Assembly: GCA_951406725.2 (NCBI GenBank) | Contig: OX597836.1 | Span: 31,806,001-31,870,000, forward strand | Direction: 5' to 3' | DNA length: 64,000 bases | From: Octopus vulgaris | Lineage: Eukaryota | Shown here: positions 25,361 through 37,720 of the stretch, one piece after another | Position numbering within the stretch: the stretch's first letter is position 1 | Layout of the letters: the number at the start of each line of letters is the position of its first letter | Notes under the pieces: model-generated | What the model saw: the letters and a program-made list of their open reading frames with translations, nothing else | What the model was told of the DNA's origin: nothing | The model's database searches: none | Position numbers and translations under genes: made by a program

Positions 25361-25565
25361 TACTCTTTTACTTGTTTCAGTCATTTGACTGTGGCCAAGC
25401 TGGAGCACTGCCTTTAGTCGAGCAAATCGACCCCAGGACTTATCCTTTGTAAGCCTAGTACTTATTCTATCATTCTCTTTTGCCGAACTGCTAAGTTACA
25501 GGGACATAAACACACCACCATCGGTTGTCAAGCGATGTTGGGGGGACAAACAGACACACAAACAT

Positions 25566-25596
<31 letters not shown>

Positions 25597-25783
25597 CATA
25601 TATATATACATGTATATATACTACGGGCTTCTTTCAGTTTCCGTCTACCAAATCCACTCACAAGGCTTTGGTCGGACTGAGGCTATAGTAGAAGACACTT
25701 GCCTAAGGTGCGATGCAGTGGGAATGAACCCTGAACCATGTGGCTGGTAAGCAAGCTGCTTACCACTCAGCCACTCCTGCACC
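25361..25783 (-). mobile_element. SINE family A, full length
   Basis: Matches other A copies. Confidence 0.9.
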
Positions 25784-26336
25784 TTGCTCATAAATATTCA
25801 TGACCTGTCTCAAAGAAAGTCTTAATTAGTTTAAATTAAATGCATAAATTCCTAAACAGATATCAAATAAAAGCAAATTATATATTTTATAGTTAAAATG
25901 CAACTTGCTATGCCTATCATTAACCAAAGTAACACTGATTAATTTGCACAGCTAAGAATTTGTATTAATGGTACAAAACAGAAAAATTTCAAAAAAGACA
26001 TCAATTTGCTAAAAAAAAAAAAAAAAATCAAGTGAAGATTTAAAATAAAAATAAAAACACTAATTGAAAAAATAGCAAACCTGGAAACTATTAAAGTTAC
26101 CTCATTAAAATTCATCGCAGTAAAGTTATAGCAAAATGTGTGATGGTAAAGATAATTTATATTTTATGTTTTGTTGTTTACTTGTTTCGGTTTACTCGAC
26201 TGTGGCCATGCTGGGGCACTGCCTTGAAGAATTTTACTTGAACGAATTGATAAAAGTACTGGTTTTTCTTTTTTAAGCTTGGTTCTTATTCTATAGGCCT
26301 CTTCTGTTGAACTGCTAAGTTATGGGAATGTAATAA

Positions 26337-26367
<31 letters not shown>

Positions 26368-26861
26368 AAGAGGCACAGGTGCAGGAGTGGTTGTGAGTTT
26401 AGTCATTGAGAAGCAAACTTATTATCACACACCCACTCCTGTACTTCTATCTTTTTTATTTTTTTTACATATTTATAAAAAAAAACCAAAAAAAACATGC
26501 ATGTAACTCACAAAAAGACCATAATTTTCTGACAAACAGGTAAAAAGAAAACCATTATTGACAGTGTGTAAGTTTAAATGTCTTGGTCTAAGAAATTTAT
26601 TTGCAGACACATATATTTCATTGTGAACAATATCTCTTAGTAGCTATACAAAAACACATTGTGTGTGGGCGTATCAGTGTGGGTATATGTGTGTGTGTGC
26701 ATGCAAGTGCTGTACACACACATACACACGCACACACACACACAAGGGTTTTATTGAAAGTATTGTAAAAGTGGGTGGCCTAGGCCATTCCAATTGGTGT
26801 TGGCAGAGTCACTTTTCCACTCAATATAGTCTCTATTACAGACAATGTATTTGTACCATCC

Positions 26862-27086
26862 TTAACCCTTTCATTACCAACCCTGCTGAAACCGGCTCTG
26901 GCTCTGAGTGCAAATGTCTTTTCATAAGTTTTGAATTAAAATCGCCCACCAAAGCTTAGTCATAATTTATGTTCCTGACACTAGCTTCATGATAACTAAG
27001 TTATTTTACTAAATTCTTTGTTATATTTCAAGTAACTGAAAGAAACACAGAGCATCTCAAAATTAGTACAGTAATGAAAGGGTTAA
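26862..27086 (-). mobile_element. piggyBac-type MITE family 1
   Basis: TTAA ends and TIR. Confidence 0.85.
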
Positions 27087-27342
27087 ACACAGCCCTTGAA
27101 TATTCTTTGAAAACCTTCAGCTAAGCACCTGCTTCTTCACACCTGCTTCTTCACAGCCACTTTCACATTGTCTATGCCATCAAATAATTGTCCATCATAG
27201 GCTGTCCTTTACTGAATCAATCAGGTGAAAGTCAGAGGATGCCAGATTGGGATGAAGGACTACTGGATACCCCAGTTTTCCAGCTACCTGATTTATCACC
27301 AAAGATGTGTCTAGTCACACACTGTCATAATGAATTCTTTTA

Positions 27343-27832
27343 TTCTTTTATTCTTTGTTTTGGTCATCTTGACTGTGGCCATGCTGAAGCACCGCCTTTA
27401 CTCAAACAAATCGACCCCAGGACTTATTCTTTGTAAGCCTAGTATTTATTCTATTGGCCTCTTCTTGGTAACTAATGCTGGTGTGCTTACATCCCCATAA
27501 CTTAGTGGTTTGACGAAAGAGATCAATAGAATAAGTACTAGGCTTACAAAGAATAAGTCCTAGGATCAGTTTGTTTGACTAAAAGGTGTAAACACACAAA
27601 CATCGGTTGTCAAGCGATGGTGGGGAGACAAACACAGACACACAAACACACACACACACACACACACATACACACAACAGGCTTCTTACAGTTTCCGTGT
27701 ACCAAATCCACTTACAAAGCTTTGGTCTGCCTGATGCTAATGTAGAAGACACTTGCCCAAGTGCTACAAAGTGGGACTGAACGTGGAACCATGTGGCTGG
27801 TAAGCAAGGTACTTACCACACAGCTACTCCTG
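27343..27832 (-). mobile_element. SINE family A with internal inverted segment
   Basis: Matches A; ~27473-27583 is in the opposite orientation. Confidence 0.75.
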
Positions 27833-28149
27833 TAAATTTTACTCAAATTTAAAAGTATTTCCTGTCTTTTATAACATAACAGTTATTGAATTAATGCCAA
27901 CCTTTGTCAAGCAAACCTATGATTAATTGTGTTATATTTCTGACTATCCTGTTTTTATTTTTAAAACACTACAGTGTGATCTGAGTGAAATTTGAATGAT
28001 ATTTCTAGCAGGTCGAGCAAATATATTAAAGCTTCTTTGGTTATTTAGTGTTACACAAAATCTATCTTCTTGTTTAACATTACCACATGAACTTCATGTG
28101 TCTTTACTAGAGTCTGTTCTGTTGCTAACTTTCAAACAAGTTCCTTCTT

Positions 28150-28393
28150 CATTATTTACATTATTTACATTATTTACATTTGATGGATATTTATCCTCAT
28201 CTTGTTTGTTGTTAACACAACGTTTCGGCTGATATTCCCTCCAGCCTTCATCAGGTGTTTTGGGGAAATTTTGAACCAGGATTCTCATTCTTAAGGTATT
28301 TTTCAATGTTATTATTATTATTCAGGTCACTGCTTGGAATCGAACTACTATCTTGGGGTTAGTAGCTCGCACTCTTAACCACTATGCCATATG
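28150..28393 (-). mobile_element. tRNA-like Pol III box + hammerhead + (aatgtaaat)n tail element
   Basis: A box TGGCATAGTGG, B box AGTTCGATTCC, HHR at 28214-28259; second copy at 63341-63527. Confidence 0.75.
28214..28259 (-). ncRNA. Minimal type I hammerhead ribozyme, canonical core
   Basis: aacac CTGATGA a ggctg-gagggaatat-cagcc GAA acgt T gtgtt: stem I aacac/gtgtt, palindromic stem III. Confidence 0.85.
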
Positions 28394-28535
28394 TACATAA
28401 TTCCTCATCTCTGAAATATAGAACAGTACCTTCTTCATCCCACCAGTCTTGAAAACCTTGCCAAAATAGATCATATAGTCCCCAATCATGCAGGCCCCTA
28501 GGCTACATAAGACTTATTTAATCAAAAGGCAATAT

Positions 28536-28939
28536 TACTCTTTACTCTTTTACTTGTTTCAGTCATTTGACTGTGGCCATGCTGGAGCACCGCCTTTAGT
28601 CGAGCAAATCGACCCCGGGACTTATTCTTTGTAAGCCCAGTACTTATTCTATCGGTCTCTTTTGCCGAACCGCTAAGTGACGGGGACGTAAACACACCAG
28701 CATTGGTTGTCAAGCAATGCTAGGGGGACAAACACAAACATATACACACACACCCATACATATATATACATATATACGACAGGCTTATTTCAGTTTCCGT
28801 CTACCAAATCCACTCACAAGGCATTGGTCGGCCCAGAGCTATAGCAGAAGACACTTGCCCAAGATGCCACGCAGTGGGACTGAACCCGGAACCATGTGGC
28901 TGGTTAGCAAGCTACTTACCACACAGCCACTCCTGCGCC
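28536..28939 (-). mobile_element. SINE family A, full length, young
   Basis: CpG-rich, close to consensus of other copies. Confidence 0.9.
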
Positions 28940-30811
28940 TATAATATGTACATTATACTTGAAAATTAGTTGTTATTTAGTTCCAGATCAACTGATTGAG
29001 CAAGAACTGTGTTTAAAGATGATCCAGACATGCCATCTTGTCTTTATACCAGGTGCAATATATTTAGGACCACCTTAGTCAAAGCAGGCCTCCATTTTCT
29101 TGATGGAATATGAGAAAAATTATGTAGATATTTCTAGCAATTACAGAATGGTTGGCAGATTTAATCCATTGATCAATTTAATGCAGTCATTAGCAAACTG
29201 CAGTTCATGAGACTTTCTGAATGGCACAACTAATGAAAAATTACATTGGATGTTTTTAGCAGTGTGGCCCACCCAATGGTTAGCCATGTCTCATGTAGCC
29301 TACTTCTCAAAGAATGTTGTCCTTGCCTGGTTTAATAGTACTATGCAGCCCATGTGTGCTTCTGACAACATCCACTCTGTTTTTATCATTCAGACAAAAG
29401 TCCTTGATCAGAGGATAACTCGGTCCTTTCCTCTGACTAATTACAGAGGCCTTGAAAAGAGTTAAGGATGCTGACTACCCCACCCCTGCCATGTGACCAA
29501 GTCATGTAAAAAGAAGAAACAGGCATGTAGAAACACTCACACTCACACACACACACACACACACACAGACCTCTCTCATGGCTCAACTTGAAACTCGGTT
29601 CAATATTAATGCTCATCTTGCTTTGTACTCAAATATGTTGCTGAGCCACAGTAACAATTTGCATGACTCAACAGATAAGCAACAACTTTATCGATTTAAA
29701 CAACAATACAGAGAAACCAGTTACCATCATAAACACCATAAAAGCCATTCCTTTTATTGCAGAAAATATATTAGAACCTGTTTCTGAGTGGGTTTTTTTT
29801 TTTTTTTACTTAAGTTTACATTAGACAGACAACTTGTGCTAATTACTAACATATTATATAGTATTAGTGAAAGTGAATCAATATACAGAGACTAGATCTA
29901 ACAAGTCTGTCATTAAAATGCTGCTGGATAATATATTACTTAAAATCAGTCTAATTGAAATTTGTACTCAACTGACTGCACACATGCCTCTAAACACAAA
30001 CACGGGAGCTTCTAATGTATTAAAAAACAAAATATATTGATCGAATGCCACACACAAACAGAACCAACGGAAAACTATTTGAATGGTTAAGCTATTCTAC
30101 ACAAATGCAGGCGAATTTCCATACCAAGCACAAAACCATAAGTTAATGCAAAGCAAAAAAAAAAAATGCAGAAAAAATAAAAAAATACAGAAAAAAAACC
30201 GATTGAAATGAAAGAATGCAGAAGATCAACTGCAAATTCTGTAAGCTGACCTCAATGTTACACCTTTTTAGTACTCTGCTCCAACAAAGTTAAGCTTCAA
30301 CCTCAAAATTGGTTCAAACTTGAATTTTTATAAATGAAAAAAAAGTTTCAAATGTCTTTTTCCTTTTATTTGTATCAGCCATTAGACTGTGGCCATGGTT
30401 GGGCATCACCTTGGTGAACTTTCGGTAGAACAAATTGACCCCAGTACATATTTTAAGTACGGTACTTATTCTCATCATCATCATCGTCATTGTTTAACGT
30501 CTGTTGTCCATCCTGGTATGTGTTGGATGGCTTCAGCCAGAGTGAAAAGTTGAGGGGCTGCACCAGACTCCAGTCTGGTTTGACATGGTTTTTATAGCTT
30601 GATGCCCTTCCTAATGTCAACTGGTCTCATTTTGCTGAACTGCTATGTTACTGGGACAAAAAAGCAGAAACCTAACACTGGTTGTCAAGCAGTGGTGGGA
30701 GAAGAACAGACACAACACACACACACGTGCATATATATGTGTGTGTGTGTGTGTGTGTATCATTATTTAATAATTTATCAGTGGCCTGCATACTAAAAAT
30801 ACCATAATGGT

Positions 30812-30976
30812 TATAAGAAGAGTGTTGAATGATTACCACACCAGTCTGCTAGAAATAGACCCCTCACTGTCTATTTTCCTCACTTACAACCTTGTGTAGT
30901 GGAATGATAATCTAAGTGGTTCATAGAACTTTTTGGGGTCTATTTCTAGCAGACTGGTGTTGTAGTCATTCAACAC
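30812..30976. mobile_element. Hairpin/MITE-like element whose right arm is split by the CR1 LINE
   Basis: 42-bp arms 30822-30863 vs 30935-30976 (2 mismatches); arm resumes at ~32003-32021. Confidence 0.65.
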
Positions 30977-32002
30977 AGATGCCAACATAGATGCCAACTT
31001 AAAGAATGCCACAGTACTGAAATATGCAGATGACATCAAGCTGTACCTCGAAATAAAGAGGTCAAATCCTGTACACTATAGATCTCTATTGCAAGCAGAC
31101 CTGGACACAATGCAGCAGTGGATCATGGACTGCAACTCAAGCTGGCTGTGGACAAATGTACCACCATGCATTTTGGGAGGAGAAACCCAGCGTCCACCTA
31201 CTCCCTCCACAACACTAGTCTCAAAAAGTCTTCATGTGAACGTGACCTGGGTGTTATTGTCGACAGTGAATTGAGTTGGACAAAACACATCGCTAAAATT
31301 GTCAAGAAGGCTGAGGGTGTCTTGGCATCACTCACCAAATCCTTTGTGAGCCGCTCTCCGGCTATCTATCTGCGGCTTTATATAGCTATGGTAAGACCTC
31401 ACCTGGAATTTGCATCACCGGTCTGGAACCCCTATCTTGCACAGGACATCAATTGTCTGGAAGCTGTTCAGCGACGTGCAACCAAAAGAATACCCTCCAT
31501 CAGGCATTTGCCATATCCTGAACGCCTTACTTCCCTGGGCATGGACACATTGAAACTCCGACGTCTGGCAGCTGACTTGGCAGACACCCATAAAATTATC
31601 AACCATCGCACAAACAATAACTCTGAGCACCTCTTCAAACTCCACCCATCTAATACCCGTGGACATATTTACAAAGTAAGAAAACAGCACAGCTCCCATG
31701 ATTTCAGGAAACATTTTTTCACGCTGAGAGTTGCTGAAGCATGGAACAAACTGCCGGCATCAGTTGTTAGTTGTCGGAGAACTGCATCCTTCAAAACTTC
31801 CATGCTTCCTGAGATTCGCCAACACTACACTTGATTTTCTCCCCTCCATACACACACAAGCATGTATCTGACTCATACATTGTTCGCTTTCCAGACATGT
31901 CTACATTACTGCATGTATGCTTTATATGCACTTTCTGACAAGTTGTGGTGCACCTGAGCACTGTATACAATAATTTCATTATTATTATTATTATTATATT
32001 AT
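30977..32002 (+). mobile_element. 5'-truncated CR1-clade LINE (RT C-terminal part, 3' UTR, (ATT)n tail)
   Basis: KYADDIKLY at ~31019-31047, frameshift near 31131, ORF 31118-31834 (RDLGVIVD, VRPHLEFASPVWNPY, EAVQRRATK, TRGH, WNKLP); probable TSD ttcaacac/tttaacac. Confidence 0.9.
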
Positions 32003-32577
32003 TTTAACACCCTTACTATAATTTATATATATATATATATAGCAGTAGCTGTGTGGTAAGTAGCTTGCTTACCAACCACATGGTTCCAGGTTCAGTCCCA
32101 CTGTGTGACACCTTGGGCAAGTGCTTTCTACTGTAGCCTCGGGCCAACCAAAGCCTTGTGAATGGATTTCGTAGATGGAAACATCAGTGGCGACTCTGGA
32201 ACTCAGACTGTTCAGGCTTAGCCTGAATATAAATTTAGTAAAGTGAAAGTGCATTTGCAAGCTGATTTAATTTCTACCAACACTAACTTCAAGTATGTAA
32301 TTGCAGCCAATAACAACTCAGGCTCCTTTTATTGAGCCTGATCACAGTTCATTTATTTTTGTTCAACATCTGGTTGCCATCTTAGACAAGGAAACACAAA
32401 CATATGCACCCACTCACACGTACACAGACTTACACATGCATACATACACGGTTAAATTGAAGGATACCAAGTAAAGACCCTGAAGAAATTACACCAGTAT
32501 TATAGTAGGGTTGCAATTGCAACGGTTCCTTGTTGGTGCAGTTAAAATATGTGTAGGTCTATGTAAAGCTGTATAGA

Positions 32578-32950
32578 TCATCATCATCATCATCGTTTAA
32601 TGTTTGCTTTCCATGCTAACATGGTTTGGACGATTTGACTGATGTCTGATGAACCAGACTCCAATCTGATCTGGCAGAGTTTCTACAGCTGGATGCACTT
32701 CCTAACGTCAACCCCTCCAAGAGTGTCATGAATGTTTTTACATACCACCGGCATGAGGGCCAGTCAGGGGGTACTGGCAACGGCCACGCTCAAATGGTGC
32801 TTTTTATGTGCCACATGCACAGGAGCCAGTTCAGCAGCACTGGCAACGACCTTGCTCGAATGTTTTTTCATGTGCCACCAGCACAAGTGCCAGTAAAGCA
32901 ATCTAGGTAACGATCATGCTGGAAGTGGTGCCACAGGCATGGACGTGCCA
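32578..32950 (-). mobile_element. Retroposon family E
   Basis: (CAT)n start, ggatgcacttcctaacgtcaacc, subrepeats. Confidence 0.7.
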
Positions 32951-33659
32951 CCACTTCAATTTTGTGAGTTATTGTTGATTTCTTTGCATGCTTAGAACAA
33001 AGTCATTAATCTGATAGAATGTCTTCTAAAAAATGACTAAAATATATGTACAAGTATTATTACTTTTTGTAAAACAGTCAACAACTATAGCTCTTTTTTT
33101 TCTTTCTATTTTATCAACAAAAATCTGTGTCGAAAAATGTCAACTTATTTTGCGTATTTCAAGATAAGAGCTTCGTAAGATACTTTCCAGAACTGTCATG
33201 GTCGACACACAAACTTTCACCTACGCAGTCATTCTCCACCACTGCTTCAACACATGCCAACTTCAATCAATATCCATTTCTCTGTCATATGCTATCATGT
33301 AGAACACATTGTAACCAAGATTCTTTCTTTGATACACTCACTAATGCATCCTTTCATTGGCTGAAATGTCAGTATATCTCAGAATTCAATAGCTAACAAC
33401 CAACCAAACGTTATTTAATGGATGATTAAGAGAGACATATAAGCATCTGGGAATTCACAACATAGTGAGTGGGATGCATAAGAGGCATCTCTGGGGGTTT
33501 TACAGTTGTCTTTGAGTCATGCATATATTTGTGTTACTAGGATTTCATAGTTATAGATAGATAAGAGATGTTTACATGCATCTGCGAAATGGGTTGTGTT
33601 AAACATACATAGTTTAAAGGAAATATAGATTGACTGTTTTAGGAATCACAGACGTGACA

Positions 33660-33942
33660 CATCATCATCATCATCCTTTAGCGTCCGCTTTCCATGCTAG
33701 CATCAGTTGGACGGTTCAACTGGGGTCTGGGAAGCCAGAAGGCTGCACAAGGCCCAGTCTGATCTGGCAATGTTTCTACGGCTGGATGCCTTTCCTAATG
33801 CCAACCACTCTGTGAGTGTAGTGGGTGCTTTTTACGTGCCACCAGCACAGGTGCCAGATGAGGCTGGCAAACGGCCATGATCAGATGGTGCTTTTTACGT
33901 GCCACCAGCACGGGGGCCAGGCGAGGCTGGCAACTGCCACAA
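33660..33942 (-). mobile_element. Retroposon family E
   Basis: Matches 16092-16386. Confidence 0.75.
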
Positions 33943-34480
33943 ATGATCAAATTTGGAACTAACTACAGACTGTATATTAGTTCAAATGGTAAGACCAACA
34001 CACCGCCCAGTTTAAATCATAACCTGTTCTAACTTGGGTGGTAGGTCTAACACACTGTCCAGTTTAACACCAACACCTCGTCTAACTAGAGTGCTTGGTC
34101 TATATCAGTGCTTTGCAGTCTTTTTTCACTTGGGGTTCACTTATATTCTTTTCAAAATTTGGCGGCACACCTGAACTGAAAATATAACTAAAAGTATAGG
34201 GGAAAAAGTTATATTCAGGTTAGACTGCAGCACACCTGGCATACCTGTGGAGAACTGGTTCATATCACCATTGAGTATAACAGCTTTGTTTAATGTAGGT
34301 ATCGGCTTAACACCTCCATCCAGTTTACCATCCTACCAGCCTTTGGGCAGTAAACCTGAAACTTTATCTAATTCAATGCTACCTGATACTTTTGTGGTGG
34401 TAGCTAACACACCCACTTCAACTCTATAGCAGCTAAATTTCCCTCAAATACCTACTGTTTAAGGAATAAAGAGGAATGTA

Positions 34481-34678
34481 TTAACCCTTTTGCATTCAGA
34501 TTACTCTGTCAAATATGATGTTTATTTATTCACATTGTTTTGAATTAATTATTCATTTTCTTGTAGCTTTATTTATATTTAGAATGACATTGTAGGGTAA
34601 GTGTGAGAAGCCAGATTGAACATAAGACAGTTAGACTTTTTGGGCTGCATATGTTTGGTTTAAATACTAATGGATTAG
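34481..34678. mobile_element. piggyBac-type MITE family 2
   Basis: ttaacccttttgcattcaga start; inverted match to 18797-19027. Confidence 0.55.
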
Positions 34679-34784
34679 AAAGCTGTACTTCCTGTGATAC
34701 AAAAGACAAGATAATCACAGCAGGAATATTTTTGACCATAAGTTTCCTTAATCAGGACTGACCTGGGGCTAAACTGAAAGGACA

Positions 34785-34863
<79 letters not shown>

Positions 34864-34891
34864 ATATATATATACACACATACATATATAT

Positions 34892-34939
<48 letters not shown>

Positions 34940-35109
34940 ATATATATATATATGTATAAATATATATATATATGAGTGTATGTGTGAAAAGGTTGAATTA
35001 TATTTTGTTCTTTATTTTGGAGGATTCCAAAATCAATTTCTAATATAGATTCTTCATATTTTGCTGATAGCTTACTTGTGAAAGTTTGCGAATATGAAAA
35101 TAATACTTG

Positions 35110-35232
35110 TATATGGTGTGTTATATGAATTTATGGAAAGGAATGCCATAAAACCCAACAAATTTGTTAAAAATGGAGAAGAGAAGATGTTAAAATTTAA
35201 GAGAATTCCTTTCCATAAATTCATATAACACA

Positions 35233-35239
<7 letters not shown>
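35110..35239. repeat. Perfect 35-bp inverted repeat with 60-bp spacer
   Basis: 35110-35144 vs 35205-35239. Confidence 0.85.
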
Positions 35240-35274
<35 letters not shown>

Positions 35275-35277
<3 letters not shown>

Positions 35278-37304
35278 CTTTATGAAAATAAACAAAAGAC
35301 GAAGGCAGGTGGAAAACAAACGAACAATTGTATTAGTATGGCGCTCAGGAAATATAAATAAAACAAGTCTTTAACGTTTCGAGCCTACGCTCTTCAACAG
35401 AAAGATACACAGAGAGAGAAAAACACAGAAAGAAGGAGAGAAAAAAATGCGTGCAGTAGCTAACGAATCAACATGGCGATCTGATTTCGGCCAGAGGTCA
35501 AAGATCAAACATGAGACGCGAGAGCGAAATAAGGGGAGATAATAGGGTTGATAAAAGGGTTGAGGGACTAGCTAAAAGTGCGTGGGAGGGGTCTGGATGT
35601 GTGTATGTATAGGGTTGGTGTATGTATTAGTATGTATAAGGGTGTGTGTGTGTATGAGAGAGTATTAGTGCGTAAGATTGGTCTGGACGTGCGTATGTAT
35701 GGGGTTGGTGTATGTATTAGTATGTATTAGTATGTATTAGTACGTATTGGTATGTATAGGTGTGTGTGTGTGTGTGAGAGAGTATAAGTGCGTATGCGGG
35801 GTCTGGACGTGTGTATGTATAGGGTTGGTGTAAGTATTAGTATGTACTGGTATGTATTAGTACGTATTAGTATGTATTAGTTGGTGTGTGTATTAGTATG
35901 GCACATCATATGTGATGTGATGTGTAAAGTCATGTGGTGTAGTGAGGAGAAGAGGGGGAGGGGAGAAGAGGGGGAGAGAAGGCGAGGGGAAGAAGAGGGG
36001 GAGGAGAAGGGGGAAGAGGAGAGGATGGGGGAAGGAAGGGGAGGAGGGGGATGAAGGAGGAAAGAGGGAGAGGGGGGAGAGGGAGTGAGGGAGCAGAGGG
36101 AAGGGGAAGAGGGAGGGAGAAAGAGGGAAGAAGGGAAGGGGAGTAGGGGTGAAAGGATGAAGGACTGAAGAAGTAGGGGTCGGGGGGAGAAAGGATAGGT
36201 GAGGAGGGGGGAGAGGGGGTTAGATGAGGAGGGGGAGAGTTGAGACCAAATGGCGTATAAGAGCGAAGAGAGAAGATTAATTCCTGTTCACGGCGCAAAC
36301 GGGAATCCGGATGGCCTCTGTGTAAGGACAAACCGAACACAGATAGGTGTTGCAAGGAGTGACCGGTGGAGCGGAAATGGCGTGAGACCGGTGTGTCGTT
36401 CGCAAGGTGGATGTCACGAAGGTGTTCCGTGAACCGGTCAGCCAAGCGGCGTCCCGTTTGTCCGATGTACAAGGAATTGCAGAGAGAGCAAGAGATGCAA
36501 TAGATAATATTGCTGGAGGTGCAGGTGAAGGAGTGGATGATGGGATAGGGTCGATGGTGGGTGCTAGTGAGGTGGGTGGTGTTGGAGAGGTAAGGGCAAG
36601 TGCGGCAACGTGGGCGGGAGCAGGGGAACGAGCCGGGTTGGGAGGTAGGGTCAGGGAAGGAGCTATGGACCAAAAGGTCTCGAAGGTTGTGGGCTCGTTT
36701 GAAAGAGGGGAGGGGTCGGTTAGGGAAGAGGTGTGAAGTGGACGGGTCGGACTGCAGATGACGGAAAGCTCGAAGAATGGTGCGTTGGAGACGTAGGGTC
36801 GTGGGGTGGTAAGTGAGGGGAAAAGGGAGGCGGGAGACTACAGGGCGGGTTCGGGGAGAGAGAGCAGATACACGGTCCATGGACCGTGCTCTGGCAAGGG
36901 CGGTGTGGATAGTGGTGAGGGGGTATCCACGTAGGGTGAAGTGGTGAGCCATACGTTGAGACTGAGTCTCAAAGTCATGGTCGTCACTACAGAGCCTACG
37001 TAGACGGAGGAATTGGGAATAGGGGATGGAAAGCTTGGTGTGTTCTGGGTGGGAGGAAGAGAAGTTGAGGTATGAGTGTGAGTCTGTGTGTTTGTAGTGA
37101 ATGGAGGTGGTAAGAGTGGAGTGAAGAATGCTAACCGAAATGTCGAGGAAGGAGACAGAGGTGTTGGAGATAGTGGAAGTGAAGTGGAGGGCTGGATGGA
37201 AAGATTGGACGAAAGAGAGGAAGGAATCTAGATGTTCGCGGGAGAGTGAGGTGGCACCGATAATGTCGTCAATATAACGACCATATAGTTCAGGAGTGGG
37301 ACCA

Positions 37305-37306
<2 letters not shown>
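35275..37306 (-). mobile_element. 5'-truncated Penelope-like retroelement (Neptune-like): RT C-terminus, linker, GIY-YIG endonuclease, 3' region with HHR
   Basis: Uninterrupted frame with RYIDD, SFLDI, SSSHP...SIPYSQFLRLRRLCS, CxRPRCRTC Zn-linker, NIIYCISC...LYIGQTGRRLADRFTEH, REQELI...GLN; flanked by (TA)n on both sides. Confidence 0.92.
35368..35405 (-). ncRNA. Minimal hammerhead ribozyme of the PLE terminus (A6U core)
   Basis: tcttt CTGTTGA a gagc-gtag-gctc GAA acgt T aaaga. Confidence 0.75.
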
Positions 37307-37335
<29 letters not shown>

Positions 37336-37337
<2 letters not shown>

Positions 37338-37720
37338 CGTAGGAGTGGCTGTGTGGTAAGTAGCCTGCTTACCAACCACATGGTTCCAGGTTCAGTCCCA
37401 CTGCGTGGCACCTTGGGTAAGTGTCTTCTACTATAGCCTTGGGCTGACCAAAGCCTTGTGAGTGCTTTTGGTAGACGGAAACTGAAAGAAGCCCGTCATA
37501 TATATGTAAATATATGTATGTGTGTATATGTTTGTGTGTCTGTGTTTGTCCCCCCGACAACCGATGCTGGTGTGTTTATGTCACCGTAACTTAGCAATTT
37601 GGCAAAGAGACAAATAGAATAAGTACTAGGCTTACAAAGAATAAGTCCTGGGGTCGATTTGATCGACTAAAGGCGGTGCTCCAGCATGGTTACAGTCAAA
37701 TGACTGAGACAAGTAAAGAA
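37336..37720 (+). mobile_element. SINE family A, full length
   Basis: Matches other A copies. Confidence 0.9.

Noticed and set aside
33120-33400. 89-aa ORF or micro-exon candidates
   Set aside because: No homology recognised and splice signals are weak
36250-36736. Plus-strand ORFs of 60 and 109 aa
   Set aside because: Antisense shadows of the PLE coding frame
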